From sequence record NC_061444.1: a stretch of DNA of 64,000 nt, one strand, 5' to 3'. The position numbers were made by a program, and so were the translations under genes. Within the stretch, counting starts at the first letter, position 1, and the number at the start of each line of letters is the position of its first letter. Below the pieces are notes generated by a model. It ran no database searches and was not told the origin of the DNA. It saw only the letters and a list, made by a program, of their open reading frames with translations. This document shows positions 1 through 9,933 of this stretch, piece after piece.

Positions 1-1455
1 CCAAAGATTAAGGAAGCATACAGGACGGCCATGATGGGCCGTCTTGGCGCTTCTCACTTTAGTTCGGAAGTCACTCGTAAGGCATTCCGCCGCATAACTA
101 AGCTGGTGGAAGTCAAAAGCGAAATAATTGAATGGGATGACTTGCTGGAAGATCCTAACCTGAGCGAGGAGTTCAGGGACAGTCTGCGTGAAGCAGAGGA
201 AATGCCAGCGAAGACCATGAAAGGGTTTGATAAGATTTACGACAGCTTGGAGAAGTATCGCCAGCGTCGTGATATCATGAACCTGGGTAAGATGATTGCC
301 AAAGACTTCGGTGAGGCTGACCCGGAAGAGTTCGACGAGCAGATGTATATGCAAGAGCTGGCAGATAAGCTCGGGCAAGCGCAGCGTGGCACACGAACGA
401 CAGAGAAAGTCTGGACGTTTGGTGGCAAGAAGTCGAACGCGACCAAGTTAGCGAAGCAGGTAATCACTAACCCGAAAGAAGTGATGTACAAGACCGGTTT
501 CACAAGCTACGACAAGAAGAACGGCGGTTGGCCGACGACTGGTGTAGTGTTGTTAGCTGGTTCAACGTCCGGCGGTAAGTCTGTGTTGTCAATGAACATC
601 GCAGACCGTATGGCAAAGATCAATGGCATTCACTGTCTCAAGGTCACTCTCGAAATGACCGCCGAGCAGGAAATGAAGCGTATGCTGTCCATGATCAGTG
701 GCATCGACTTCTGGAAGATCAAGCAGGGTAAACTCTCGCAGCGTGAGCAGAAAGAACTGCTGAAAGCCGCGAAGAAGTATGACAAGCTCATGAGCAAGTC
801 GAAGGGACGTAACTCGTTCACAAGCCCTGAGCGAGGCATGTCGATTGATGACGTTCTGTATATGTCGATTCCATATGGCGTACACGTAACGTTCATCGAC
901 TACGTTGGTCTGCTTGAGGGTATCGACAACGACAACCAGTGGCGCGAACTGTCTACCGTTGTTCGTAAAGCGAAAGTACACGCGTCAGCAACAGGTCAGC
1001 TTGTTGTTATCTTGTGTCAGCTTGATGATCAGTCTGGACGTATTCGTTACTCTGGCGGTATGCGTGAGCACGCCGACGTTGTGTGGGCATGGAACTACTC
1101 TGACCCAGAAGTGCGTGAAGGTAAAATCATTCCTGTTCAGGTAATGAAAGCGCGTGATGGTGAACTGTTCGAAATGCCTCTGAAAGACGTGTTTGAGAAA
1201 ATGCGTGTTGAAGATGCAGAAGAGGGCACAGAAGTTCCGAAGTCGAAAGCAATCTCTGCTGATGATATGGAAGGCGGCGGATCGTCCAAGAAGAAATTCG
1301 GAAAAGGTAATTTCAAGAAGAAGGATAAGATTGAGATTAAGAAGTCTCGTCGTGGTGCTGCTGCGTTCCTCAATTCAGGTAACGATAGCGATGATGACGA
1401 CGATGACGATTTGCCGAAGAAAAAGAAGAAGCGTAAATCGTATGACGTAGCTTAG
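1..1455 (+). CDS. dnaB: DnaB-like replicative helicase (5' truncated; frame open from base 1)
   Basis: Walker A LAGSTSGGKS, LEM motif (TLEMTAEQ), Walker B FIDYVGLL, VILCQL, KARDG; acidic/Lys-rich C-terminal tail. Confidence 0.9.
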   Translation, partial: PKIKEAYRTAMMGRLGASHFSSEVTRKAFRRITKLVEVKSEIIEWDDLLEDPNLSEEFRDSLREAEEMPAKTMKGFDKIYDSLEKYRQRRDIMNLGKMIAKDFGEADPEEFDEQMYMQELADKLGQAQRGTRTTEKVWTFGGKKSNATKLAKQVITNPKEVMYKTGFTSYDKKNGGWPTTGVVLLAGSTSGGKSVLSMNIADRMAKINGIHCLKVTLEMTAEQEMKRMLSMISGIDFWKIKQGKLSQREQKELLKAAKKYDKLMSKSKGRNSFTSPERGMSIDDVLYMSIPYGVHVTFIDYVGLLEGIDNDNQWRELSTVVRKAKVHASATGQLVVILCQLDDQSGRIRYSGGMREHADVVWAWNYSDPEVREGKIIPVQVMKARDGELFEMPLKDVFEKMRVEDAEEGTEVPKSKAISADDMEGGGSSKKKFGKGNFKKKDKIEIKKSRRGAAAFLNSGNDSDDDDDDDLPKKKKKRKSYDVA

Positions 1456-1463
1456 GAGTCTTC

Positions 1464-1706
1464 ATGGACAATATCGACTGGCTCGTCTTTGATGACGAAG
1501 CCCGCAACAACATAGACAAGGATTATGTCTATCACATTCGCACCAAGGAGGGTGCGGAACTCTCTGGTATGTACCCGAACTATAATGGGTTCCACTGTCA
1601 GAATCCCGGTGAACCGAATCGTACTGATATGAGCGACGTTACTCATTACGCAGTGCAGATGACGTTCGACGATCACGCTGATAAGTACGTATTCAACCGT
1701 GGCTAA
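1464..1706 (+). CDS. hypothetical protein (80 aa)
   Basis: ORF with SD (aggag) in a tightly packed operon. Confidence 0.65.
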   Translation: MDNIDWLVFDDEARNNIDKDYVYHIRTKEGAELSGMYPNYNGFHCQNPGEPNRTDMSDVTHYAVQMTFDDHADKYVFNRG

Positions 1707-2499
1707 GTTCGAAGGCCCATACGGACTTGTCGAGTCTGATAACATGGTCCCACGCTGGACGTACCCTGTTAAGCATGGACAGGTGCGCCGAGTAGAAGCG
1801 TGGGAACTCGATACAATGCCAAACACCACTATGCGTGTGCGTATGGTGAATGACATTCATGCAATCCACAGTATACCTGTAGAGGAACACGATGACGACA
1901 CCCTCGACCTCGACGAAGAAGCCGCAGCGATCTCAAAAACTGAGTCCCGACTTCTTATCAAGCCTCGACTCAATGAAGTCCGTTCCCGTAAAAACAAAGA
2001 CCACGTTGGTCCAGAGAACGTCTTCACAGTCAGCGCCGAAGTAATCGACGGTACGCTGGATAGTGTTGACGAACACGCGCAAACATTCCGTGACTATCTG
2101 CTGCATCAGGTGTTTAGCCCGATACTTGGGTTTGATATCGCAGCCGGTGAAGTAGAAGCGATCTCGAAAGACTGTCTCAAAACAGACTTAGAGATTGATA
2201 GTGAGCTTGTGCCTTATATAGAGCGCGTAGGGCTTGCGAACATCATCGGCGTTATGCTTTCGAAGTCACAGTCAGTACCTGAATCAGTACGTGCAGACGT
2301 CCTGAAAGACTGGTTAATCAAATCGTTCGATGACGTGCGGGCAGAGCACAAAGCGAAGCTAGGGAGCAATTCACTACGCGCCCAGATTCGACGCTTGATG
2401 CACGGTAACGACGAGCTGGTTGCCAAAGGTACAGGCATAGGAACAACGCGCGGGTTTACTGAATACAGGAAGAAGCAGAACGAGAATGGCCAAGCCTAA
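1699..2499 (+). CDS. hypothetical protein, possible terminase small subunit
   Basis: 266-aa helical ORF overlapping the start of TerL; TerS role from position only. Confidence 0.5.
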   Translation: MAKFEGPYGLVESDNMVPRWTYPVKHGQVRRVEAWELDTMPNTTMRVRMVNDIHAIHSIPVEEHDDDTLDLDEEAAAISKTESRLLIKPRLNEVRSRKNKDHVGPENVFTVSAEVIDGTLDSVDEHAQTFRDYLLHQVFSPILGFDIAAGEVEAISKDCLKTDLEIDSELVPYIERVGLANIIGVMLSKSQSVPESVRADVLKDWLIKSFDDVRAEHKAKLGSNSLRAQIRRLMHGNDELVAKGTGIGTTRGFTEYRKKQNENGQA

Positions 2500-5314
2500 A
2501 AAGGGCCCAGCATTCACGATACGTCCTAAACGAATAGCTGCATTCGATGCGCTACTTGGTGATGACGTTCAGGCGGATGCCGCATCCGATATGGATTTCT
2601 TGTCGGATAATAGTTCGAGTGGGATTAACTTTCTCGAAAAGGGTGAGGTCAACATTGTCGATCTCGTTGAAGGAGCTTTAGAGCAACGCACACTTGTGCC
2701 GCGCGATTTGAAGTTTGACGACAGTGCAATGCCACGCGCCAAGAATTTCCTTGAGTGGTGTACGAGTCCTGACTTCTTAAAAGCTGACCCTTATCTCGAA
2801 CAGGCCATGATTGGTCTGCGCTTGTTTGGTGAGATCTGCGTTAAGTGCTCACCGAACTTGCAATGGATGTACACTGAAAACCACGAGCCACAAGAAACGA
2901 CAGCCGCGATAGAGACACACTTACACCTGCTACACAATGGTGTGTGCCCTCATTGCGGCGCTCGTCGTTCTGAGATGATTCGCAAGAAGGAGATGAACTT
3001 CTACAACGAACTGGCGGTGAACGCCGGACAGCGTTGTGTGATCGCTTCAACTCCTGTGCTGACCTCTCGTGGTGTTATGCCTATCGGTCACATGATGATT
3101 GGCCATGACGTGCCTGGGTTCCACAAGCCACAGCGTAACTTCAACGCGCACAATGGCCGTGAGATCAAGAACGTCAGTCAAGTCTATGTGTCAGACGTAG
3201 CGCCTACCAAAGTCGTCACGCTCGCAAACGGTATGTGGATTGAAGCAACTCATGAGCACCCTGTGCGTACTGAGCAAGGCTTTAAGAAAGTGTCGAAGCT
3301 GCGTGGTGGCGAGCGTATCGAAGTCAAACTCGGTACGAACTCATGGGGCAAGATACAGCGTCCTGTAAGTATCTATGATGCTGGTCTGTCTACGCGTGAA
3401 GAAGCGCTGCGCTATATCGCTGAACGCAGTGTGCCTCTAGGCGAAAAGATGCAGTACGTCACAGATGACGTTGACGCGCTTCAAATGGTGTGGTCGATTC
3501 TGATTAACGCAGGTTACCTGCCGCAGATCGTTCACGGTACGCGTATGTGGAGTTTGGTCTATGACTTGACTGAGCAGCCGCAGTGTCGTTCGATTCACAT
3601 CGAAGTAATGTCCGTTGATGACGGTACTCCGCAGGTCACGTATGACTTGCAGATGGAAGGTCTGCCTCAATTCGTTGCGTCAGGCATTCTGCATCACAAC
3701 AGCGGTAAGTCAGTTGTAGTAGCGATGATCTCTACCTATCTGACGCACAGACTGCTTATGTCGCAGTCGCCTACTGGTATCTTGGGCATCGACAGCACAA
3801 CCGTATTGCACGGTACGTTCGTTGCGCTTACCCAGAAGCAAGCGTCTGATACATTGTGGACTCCGTACTTCAACTACATCATGGGTAGTCCGTGGTTCCA
3901 AGCCTATCACGATTTGATTCGCAAACACGAGCGCCGTTACGGCATCGAAGTGATGAAGATTCGTGACACGTTCGTACTGTACGGACACAGGAACTTCGTT
4001 ATCTACCCTGCCGGACCTGATGGTCGTATTCTTCGTGGTCGAACCCGCGTACTGGCGGTAATCGACGAAGTGGCGTATTTCGACAACGACGCCCAATCCA
4101 AGAAGATCAAAGTCAGTGCTGGTGCAGTCTACGGTGCACTTGACCGTTCACTCGCAACTGTTCGTTCTGCCGAGATGCGGCAAGTCGAATCCGGTTATGA
4201 TGAAGCATTCACGGGATATTTCTGTAACATCAGTAGTCCGGTTCACGCCCGTGATAAGATTAACGAATTGCTTCGTATGTCAGTAGGCTCTGAGAAGCTG
4301 CTCGGTATTCATGCTCCTACGTGGAAGATGAACCCGACAATGCCGCGTACCTCTGAGTTCCTTGTAGAAGCGTTTCGTCGTGACCCGGTAGGTGCAGCCC
4401 GAGATTACGGAGCAGAAGCACCGTTGTCTGCTAACCCATTCATCACGCAACCAACCTTCATTCAGGATGCGATACGTGAGAAAGGTCGCTCGATGTGTAC
4501 GTATGCCCACCACATCATTCGACACAAAGACGGTGAACGCCAGCGCTATGGCAGTCTCGTCAAAGCGGCAACGACAACCAAAGCGTCGATACTTGCAATT
4601 GACGCAGGCTTCTCGAACAACAGCTTCGCACTCGTTACAGGCTCACGCGACGATGCAGGTATTATCAGTGTCGATTGTCTTGTTGAGATCGTACCGAAGC
4701 CTGGCATCCCTCTGAACTACACCTTGATATTTGATGAACTGCTTATTCCGCTGTGCAAAGCGCGTAACGTTCGCGTAATGCTTGCCGACCAGTGGCAGTC
4801 ACTCAAGTTGTTGCAGGATGCGAAACTGAAAGTGGATTCCATCGAGGAGTCCGATCAGTACAGCTTGAAATATCAGGACATGTGGACAGTTAAGACGATG
4901 TTCGAATCAACGCCGTCGCGCATCAGTCTGCCGCGAATGACCCACGCAGACAAGATTGCTGACACGTTGAAGTACGATGGTGACGAATATCCTCAGTGCT
5001 TCGAGAACAAACCAACAGAGCACTTGATCATGCAGTTGCAGACGGTGCAAGATACAGGCCGCAGCGTAATCAAGAACACAGGGGCAACCGATGACCTGTG
5101 GCGAGCAATGGCACTCATGGTCTATGGATTTGAGTGTGGTGAGTACGACGAGTATCTGACGAAAGCACCAGAAGTATCAATCAACCGTGACCCGAATCGC
5201 TTGGGACGCGTAGCGCATCGACTTAACTCCGGCACTGCGGGCAGCTCACGCGTTGCACTTGCTGGTGGTCGAGTTCTTGGTAGTGCTCGTACTCGAATGA
5301 TTGGCCGGAAATAA
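2486..5314 (+). CDS. terL: terminase large subunit with intein
   Basis: Walker A GQR/SGKS split by intein, Walker B AVIDEVAYF, nuclease motifs LAIDAG and DDLWRA. Confidence 0.9.
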   Translation: MAKPKKGPAFTIRPKRIAAFDALLGDDVQADAASDMDFLSDNSSSGINFLEKGEVNIVDLVEGALEQRTLVPRDLKFDDSAMPRAKNFLEWCTSPDFLKADPYLEQAMIGLRLFGEICVKCSPNLQWMYTENHEPQETTAAIETHLHLLHNGVCPHCGARRSEMIRKKEMNFYNELAVNAGQRCVIASTPVLTSRGVMPIGHMMIGHDVPGFHKPQRNFNAHNGREIKNVSQVYVSDVAPTKVVTLANGMWIEATHEHPVRTEQGFKKVSKLRGGERIEVKLGTNSWGKIQRPVSIYDAGLSTREEALRYIAERSVPLGEKMQYVTDDVDALQMVWSILINAGYLPQIVHGTRMWSLVYDLTEQPQCRSIHIEVMSVDDGTPQVTYDLQMEGLPQFVASGILHHNSGKSVVVAMISTYLTHRLLMSQSPTGILGIDSTTVLHGTFVALTQKQASDTLWTPYFNYIMGSPWFQAYHDLIRKHERRYGIEVMKIRDTFVLYGHRNFVIYPAGPDGRILRGRTRVLAVIDEVAYFDNDAQSKKIKVSAGAVYGALDRSLATVRSAEMRQVESGYDEAFTGYFCNISSPVHARDKINELLRMSVGSEKLLGIHAPTWKMNPTMPRTSEFLVEAFRRDPVGAARDYGAEAPLSANPFITQPTFIQDAIREKGRSMCTYAHHIIRHKDGERQRYGSLVKAATTTKASILAIDAGFSNNSFALVTGSRDDAGIISVDCLVEIVPKPGIPLNYTLIFDELLIPLCKARNVRVMLADQWQSLKLLQDAKLKVDSIEESDQYSLKYQDMWTVKTMFESTPSRISLPRMTHADKIADTLKYDGDEYPQCFENKPTEHLIMQLQTVQDTGRSVIKNTGATDDLWRAMALMVYGFECGEYDEYLTKAPEVSINRDPNRLGRVAHRLNSGTAGSSRVALAGGRVLGSARTRMIGRK
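3035..3700 (+). mobile_element. 222-aa intein in TerL Walker A
   Basis: Starts CVIASTPV, block B ATHEHP, ends YDLQM...LHHN followed by Ser; removal restores GQRSGKS. Confidence 0.9.
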
Positions 5315-5319
5315 AAAGC

Positions 5320-5333
5320 TAATTTAGACGAGT
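5320..5333 (+). promoter_or_regulatory. putative phage promoter, TAATTT class
   Basis: TAATTTAGACGAGT, identical 14-mer at 48538-48551 on the minus strand; both are 21-25 nt before a start codon. Confidence 0.6.
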
Positions 5334-5358
5334 CTAGTTATTACAAGGGAATAAGATC

Positions 5359-5574
5359 ATGAGTAAGCATTACAACCCGTTGCTGAACAACAACTCTGTA
5401 AAGTCAGAGTCGAATGCCACACAAATGGAAAGCACGAGCGGTGCGTTCATCGTTGAAAGCGCTAACGTGTGTCCGAAGTGTGGTTCGTCTACAGTGCCGA
5501 CACAATTGCTCTCAGGTGAGGGTGTTATGTTCTGCACTGGCTGCCGTGTGAGTCTCGCAATCCCTTTGAAGTGA
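5359..5574 (+). CDS. small zinc-ribbon protein
   Basis: CPKC...CTGC, 71 aa. Confidence 0.7.
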   Translation: MSKHYNPLLNNNSVKSESNATQMESTSGAFIVESANVCPKCGSSTVPTQLLSGEGVMFCTGCRVSLAIPLK

Positions 5575-5581
5575 GGTAAAG

Positions 5582-7519
5582 ATGGGTATTCAGGTAGGTC
5601 GTCGTCAACTGGGCGCCGAACCCCAAGAGCCTGCAAAGAAGAAGAAACAAAGTTCTCTCGGAGCAGCCTCTTTACCACGCGAGATAGGCAAAGCAATCCG
5701 CAGTGAGAGTTCGCGTCGTCACACTGACTTCGTATCTCAATCTGCGGGTGGCGCAGGAATGTCTGCCGGTAATATGCAAATTGGTACAGTGCCTCTTGAT
5801 ATCGACTTAGAGCCGATGATGGAAGGTATGGACTATGATGCTGACGACCGGCAGCTATTCAACGTCTACCGCGATATGTATCACTTCGACCCAATCTGCG
5901 GTTCATACGTGGACTTGTTCTCAACGCTGCCATTCTCAGATGTGAGTTTCAGTGGCGCTAAAGACAGTGTGCTTGAACCGTATTACGAAGTGAACGAACG
6001 TCTGTCACTGACCACCAGTATGCCGAACATCACTACCGATATTCAGGTTACTGGCGCGTTCGTTGGCAGTATGATCTACAACAAAGACCGTAAAAAGTTC
6101 ATCGACCTGATGACGCACCGTTACGACAACATCGACGTAACGCCACTGCCGTTTATCAGTCAAGACCCGATGTTCGAGCTGCGCATTCCTCAGTACGTGA
6201 AATCTGCTTTCGCTAAAGAAGGTAAACGTATTGACGCGCTGAAAAAAGAACTCGGTTCTGGTTTCGTTGATAAGTTGATGAACGACGTGACGATGGAACT
6301 CGACCCTATCGGCACAATCTACATTCCACGTAAGACATTCAGCTTTGGTGAAGGTATCTCGGTGTTACGCCGTGTGCTGCCAATCTGGTTGATCGAAAAG
6401 AACCTGTATCGTGGTACGCTGATTGAGTCTGGTCGTCGTCAACGCGGTATCTTACATGCCCAGCTGGGTGATGGTGATCAGTGGGAACCGTCGCAAGAAG
6501 AAATGGACTTTATGACCGACCTTCTTCTGTCTGCGGATAGTGACCCGATTGGATCTATCATCACAACGCGTCTGGGTGTGAACATCAGTGAGTTCCGTCA
6601 AGGCGGTGACTTCTGGAAGATTACGGACATCTGGGACCAGACTGCTCAATTCAAAATGCGAGCTATGGGTATCAGTGAGGCCTTCCTTAGCGGTGAAGCG
6701 AACTATGACTCGGGTGCTGCTGGCCTGACGATTTTCGTTGAAGCGATGCGAGCGTTCCGTGATCATCTGACGCGTAAAGTCTACTACGAGAAAGTCTTCC
6801 CTCTTATCAGTATGATGAACGGCCTTGCTGTTCAACGTAACGGTAAGATCATCAAGAAGAACAATCTCATGGAAGGCGGCCTGACCGAAGTAATGTACAA
6901 ACTGAATGACGGTAGCAAACTGTTTATTCCGAACGTGCATTGGTCTAAGCAACTGCGTCCTGATGTTGACCAAGCGATGATGGAAAACTTACGTGCGATG
7001 ACTGAACTGGGTGTTCCGGTTCCATTACGTGCAATCGCTGCGGCTGGCGGGTACAACTTCGACCAGATTCTTATGGATCAGGATGAAGACCTCGCAATGC
7101 GTCGCAAGCTGATGGCGTACCGCAAACGTCAGTCTGAAATCGACGCCGAGTTCGCTCCGCCTGAACCTGGTGCTGGTGGTGAGGGTGACAGCTTTAGTTC
7201 TGTTAGTAGCATGTCTGCTGACTTGAAGCGCCGTCGTCGTCACATCGCTGGTATCGGCCTGTCGTCTGCTGTTCTGGGCGGGGAGCAACGCAAGCTGTTG
7301 AACCGCGACTTTGGTGAGCGTTCTGAAATCTTCGAAATCGGTAAGACCGGTAAGAAGAAGCACGTTATCCGTCAGTCTGTCGCTAACAACAAAGCGAACG
7401 ATGCAATCTGGAAAGCGGCGAAGAACTACGAAGCAAACAAAACGATGCCTCTTGATAACGGCAAGGTATCATTCCAGCCGACTCCTCAGGAGCTTCGTGC
7501 AATGTCGAGACTCCGTTAA
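5582..7519 (+). CDS. probable portal protein
   Basis: 645 aa just downstream of terL; portal-like layout; no diagnostic search run. Confidence 0.65.
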   Translation: MGIQVGRRQLGAEPQEPAKKKKQSSLGAASLPREIGKAIRSESSRRHTDFVSQSAGGAGMSAGNMQIGTVPLDIDLEPMMEGMDYDADDRQLFNVYRDMYHFDPICGSYVDLFSTLPFSDVSFSGAKDSVLEPYYEVNERLSLTTSMPNITTDIQVTGAFVGSMIYNKDRKKFIDLMTHRYDNIDVTPLPFISQDPMFELRIPQYVKSAFAKEGKRIDALKKELGSGFVDKLMNDVTMELDPIGTIYIPRKTFSFGEGISVLRRVLPIWLIEKNLYRGTLIESGRRQRGILHAQLGDGDQWEPSQEEMDFMTDLLLSADSDPIGSIITTRLGVNISEFRQGGDFWKITDIWDQTAQFKMRAMGISEAFLSGEANYDSGAAGLTIFVEAMRAFRDHLTRKVYYEKVFPLISMMNGLAVQRNGKIIKKNNLMEGGLTEVMYKLNDGSKLFIPNVHWSKQLRPDVDQAMMENLRAMTELGVPVPLRAIAAAGGYNFDQILMDQDEDLAMRRKLMAYRKRQSEIDAEFAPPEPGAGGEGDSFSSVSSMSADLKRRRRHIAGIGLSSAVLGGEQRKLLNRDFGERSEIFEIGKTGKKKHVIRQSVANNKANDAIWKAAKNYEANKTMPLDNGKVSFQPTPQELRAMSRLR

Positions 7520-7854
7520 TGTACAACGTGTCAACGTGTCCAATTGACGGTACTGAGAAGGTGGTTGTGTATCGCCACCCTATCTTTACCGATTACGGGC
7601 TAGGCTTAAAGATTGATCGCAGCGGCGAAATGACTATTGTGGAATGCAACATAGTCACGGGCGTAATTGACGGTCAGTCTAAGTTAGAGACAATCACAGA
7701 TCACAGCGCCCCACTAGATGTTCAATTGTGGTGTTTTACGTGCATGGCGACTCTGCGAGAATCTGTAAATAGAGAGAGCCTATCATTAGATGCTTCATTC
7801 CCGAATAACGGGGGCATCGTTTATTACAATCAAAATCAGGAGAGTACATCGTGA
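7519..7854 (+). CDS. hypothetical protein (111 aa)
   Basis: Coupled ORF overlapping the portal stop. Confidence 0.55.
   Translation: MYNVSTCPIDGTEKVVVYRHPIFTDYGLGLKIDRSGEMTIVECNIVTGVIDGQSKLETITDHSAPLDVQLWCFTCMATLRESVNRESLSLDASFPNNGGIVYYNQNQESTS
7762..7771 (+). promoter_or_regulatory. putative phage promoter, CTGTAAA class
   Basis: TCTGTAAATA about 80 nt before the 7851 start. Confidence 0.4.
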
Positions 7855-8237
7855 GCGTATTATTCCCGCATCGCGTTATTGATCAGAAAGAAGGTTTCGT
7901 CTTTATCGTGCAACCCGCTGACGATAACGATCCTGCCTCGGTAGAAGCTGCGAAAGAAGTCGAAGAGGTCCTCGCAGAAGCGTGGCCTACTGCACCTTCT
8001 GAACTGACCGTCGATGACGTGACAGACCCGGAAGAAGCCGAACTGATCTACGCTGACGTTGCGCAACTGCTGGAAGAAGCAGAGCGCGAAGAAGCAAATC
8101 AGATCGTAATCACCAGCGTAGTTGTCGCAGGTCGTCTGGTAATCGTTAACTGTATGCTTACCGGCGAAGACCTCGAAGACGAGGAAGAAGACGAAGACGA
8201 TGATTCCGTTGAAGCCGACGAAGAAGACTTCGATTAA
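7851..8237 (+). CDS. highly acidic hypothetical protein
   Basis: SD aggag, GTG start; very D/E-rich, C-terminal EDEEEDEDDD tract. Confidence 0.7.
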   Translation: MSVLFPHRVIDQKEGFVFIVQPADDNDPASVEAAKEVEEVLAEAWPTAPSELTVDDVTDPEEAELIYADVAQLLEEAEREEANQIVITSVVVAGRLVIVNCMLTGEDLEDEEEDEDDDSVEADEEDFD

Positions 8238-8265
8238 CGTCTGTCGTGAGGACCTTCGGGTCCTC

Positions 8266-8400
8266 ATGAATTTGACTGACGTAAACCCCGCGTATGCAGC
8301 AAAGTTCCTTACGAACAAGACAGATGACGAAGCCCGCGCTCTGCTTGCTGCTCTCAAGAACGAGGAAGTAGAATCACTCTATAACTTCTTGGTGGCGTGA
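8266..8400 (+). CDS. small hypothetical protein (44 aa)
   Basis: ATG at 8266 with gagg SD; start re-called from the ORF track. Confidence 0.5.
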   Translation: MNLTDVNPAYAAKFLTNKTDDEARALLAALKNEEVESLYNFLVA

Positions 8401-8897
8401 TGGAAACAAATTCAGTGGACGAAAGTCCTAATAACGCAAGGCATCGCATATTCTTCAAGCAGCCGAAACGAGTCCCTCCCTTCGATACAGCTTTCGTTCG
8501 TTCTTCAAACAAAGAAGGTCTGAAAGTTCTCCTATCGGCTGCTCCTGAACATTGCCAAATCATTTTGTTTACGGACGGTCTCGGCGCTGCTTACGCCATG
8601 AAACGCCTCTTTAAGCGCAACTTCAAACTCTATTCACAAGCTCCGCAACTTGACCTCAGGACAATCACGTTCACGGGTCAGGTCGTTTTTCAGTTCGTTC
8701 GTGGTGGCGCAGTCGTTGACCCACTGGCTCGCTACTTCTGTGCTGGCGAAAGCTATCTGCATGAGCTTGCTCAGACGACGAAGATTGCACAGGTCGAAAC
8801 AGACACGATTGATATGTTCTGTTGCGGCTTAGGGTTTCATAAAGCGTTACGTGAGCGAGGTCGAGGTCGTTCTCTCGTATTCGCGGAGGAACAATGA
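8397..8897 (+). CDS. hypothetical protein (166 aa)
   Basis: Coupled ORF in operon. Confidence 0.6.
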   Translation: MMETNSVDESPNNARHRIFFKQPKRVPPFDTAFVRSSNKEGLKVLLSAAPEHCQIILFTDGLGAAYAMKRLFKRNFKLYSQAPQLDLRTITFTGQVVFQFVRGGAVVDPLARYFCAGESYLHELAQTTKIAQVETDTIDMFCCGLGFHKALRERGRGRSLVFAEEQ

Positions 8898-9922
8898 GTA
8901 GATCGTTTGCCAGTATCGGTAAAACACCGACGCCTGGCTCTGTGCCAAAGATGAAGATCAAGTACGGTAAGAAGCCGATGCTTCACGTTGTTGATGCGTC
9001 GAACTGGATGTGTCGTGCTTACTTCGCCACGCAGAAAAGTCCTACGTATGCAAAAGACGGTACGCCGACTTATGGTCTGCGTCAGTTCATGTATATGGTC
9101 AAGGACCTGATTGATATTGCCTCGAAAGATCCAAACGGTGCGTATCTCGCGTTCTGCTTCGACCCAAGTTCGAGCGATACGTGGCGCTATCGAGCGATTC
9201 AACAATGGGCCGCTGAACACAAGAAGAAATACATTCGTCAGGTGTTCAAGAAGTCCAGCGACTACAAAGGCAACCGTGACCGTACTCAGACCGTAGAGCT
9301 TGGTCCGCAGATGACACTCGCCAGAGAGATTCTGCAAATGGCAGGCTACTACGTGGGCATTAAAAAGCCTTACGAGTGCGATGACCTTGTTGGTACGTTG
9401 TGTGATCGATTCAAGCACGACTACCTGATCAAGCTGTATTCGCGTGATAAAGACTACGTGCAACTTGTTGACCACAAGAACGTTGAGCTTATCATGCAAG
9501 CGCAGTCGAATGCTGCTGAACGCCGCTTCGATTACAAAACAGCAAAAGGCTTCTTCGGTGTTCCTGCCGACCGTGTTATCGACATGCTTGCCTTGTGTGG
9601 TGACGGTGTTGATAACGTGCCTGGCATTCCGGGACTTGGTGAGAAGACCTCGATTGAGCTTATCAATAAGTGGGGTGGGGCGATTGGTATTCGTGATGCT
9701 CTGCTGAAAGGCAAACTCAAGTCGAACGCTGGCTGGGCTAAAGCACTCATGATGCAAGTACCAGCTATGGATATTGAATTGCAAATGGAGCTTGTAACTA
9801 TCGACCGCAACGTGCCGTCGTTACCTCGTAACATCGAAGCGTTTGCACCGCGCAGACCAGACATAAAAGCGCTGAAAGCTGTTAAGAAGCGCCTGGCTCT
9901 GCCTCAACTATTACACGTCTAG
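8894..9922 (+). CDS. 5'-3' exonuclease/flap endonuclease (PolI N-terminal, T5 D15/T4 RNase H type)
   Basis: VVDASNW, YKGNR, ECDD, SRDKDYVQL, GDGVDNVPGIPGLGEKT (H3TH). Confidence 0.92.
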   Translation: MSRSFASIGKTPTPGSVPKMKIKYGKKPMLHVVDASNWMCRAYFATQKSPTYAKDGTPTYGLRQFMYMVKDLIDIASKDPNGAYLAFCFDPSSSDTWRYRAIQQWAAEHKKKYIRQVFKKSSDYKGNRDRTQTVELGPQMTLAREILQMAGYYVGIKKPYECDDLVGTLCDRFKHDYLIKLYSRDKDYVQLVDHKNVELIMQAQSNAAERRFDYKTAKGFFGVPADRVIDMLALCGDGVDNVPGIPGLGEKTSIELINKWGGAIGIRDALLKGKLKSNAGWAKALMMQVPAMDIELQMELVTIDRNVPSLPRNIEAFAPRRPDIKALKAVKKRLALPQLLHV

Positions 9923-9933
9923 TAGAGGACAGC

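Noticed and set aside
1417-1440. PKKKKKRK as a eukaryotic NLS implying a giant eukaryotic virus
   Set aside because: SD sequences, intrinsic terminators, operons and spanin/holin-like genes indicate a bacteriophage
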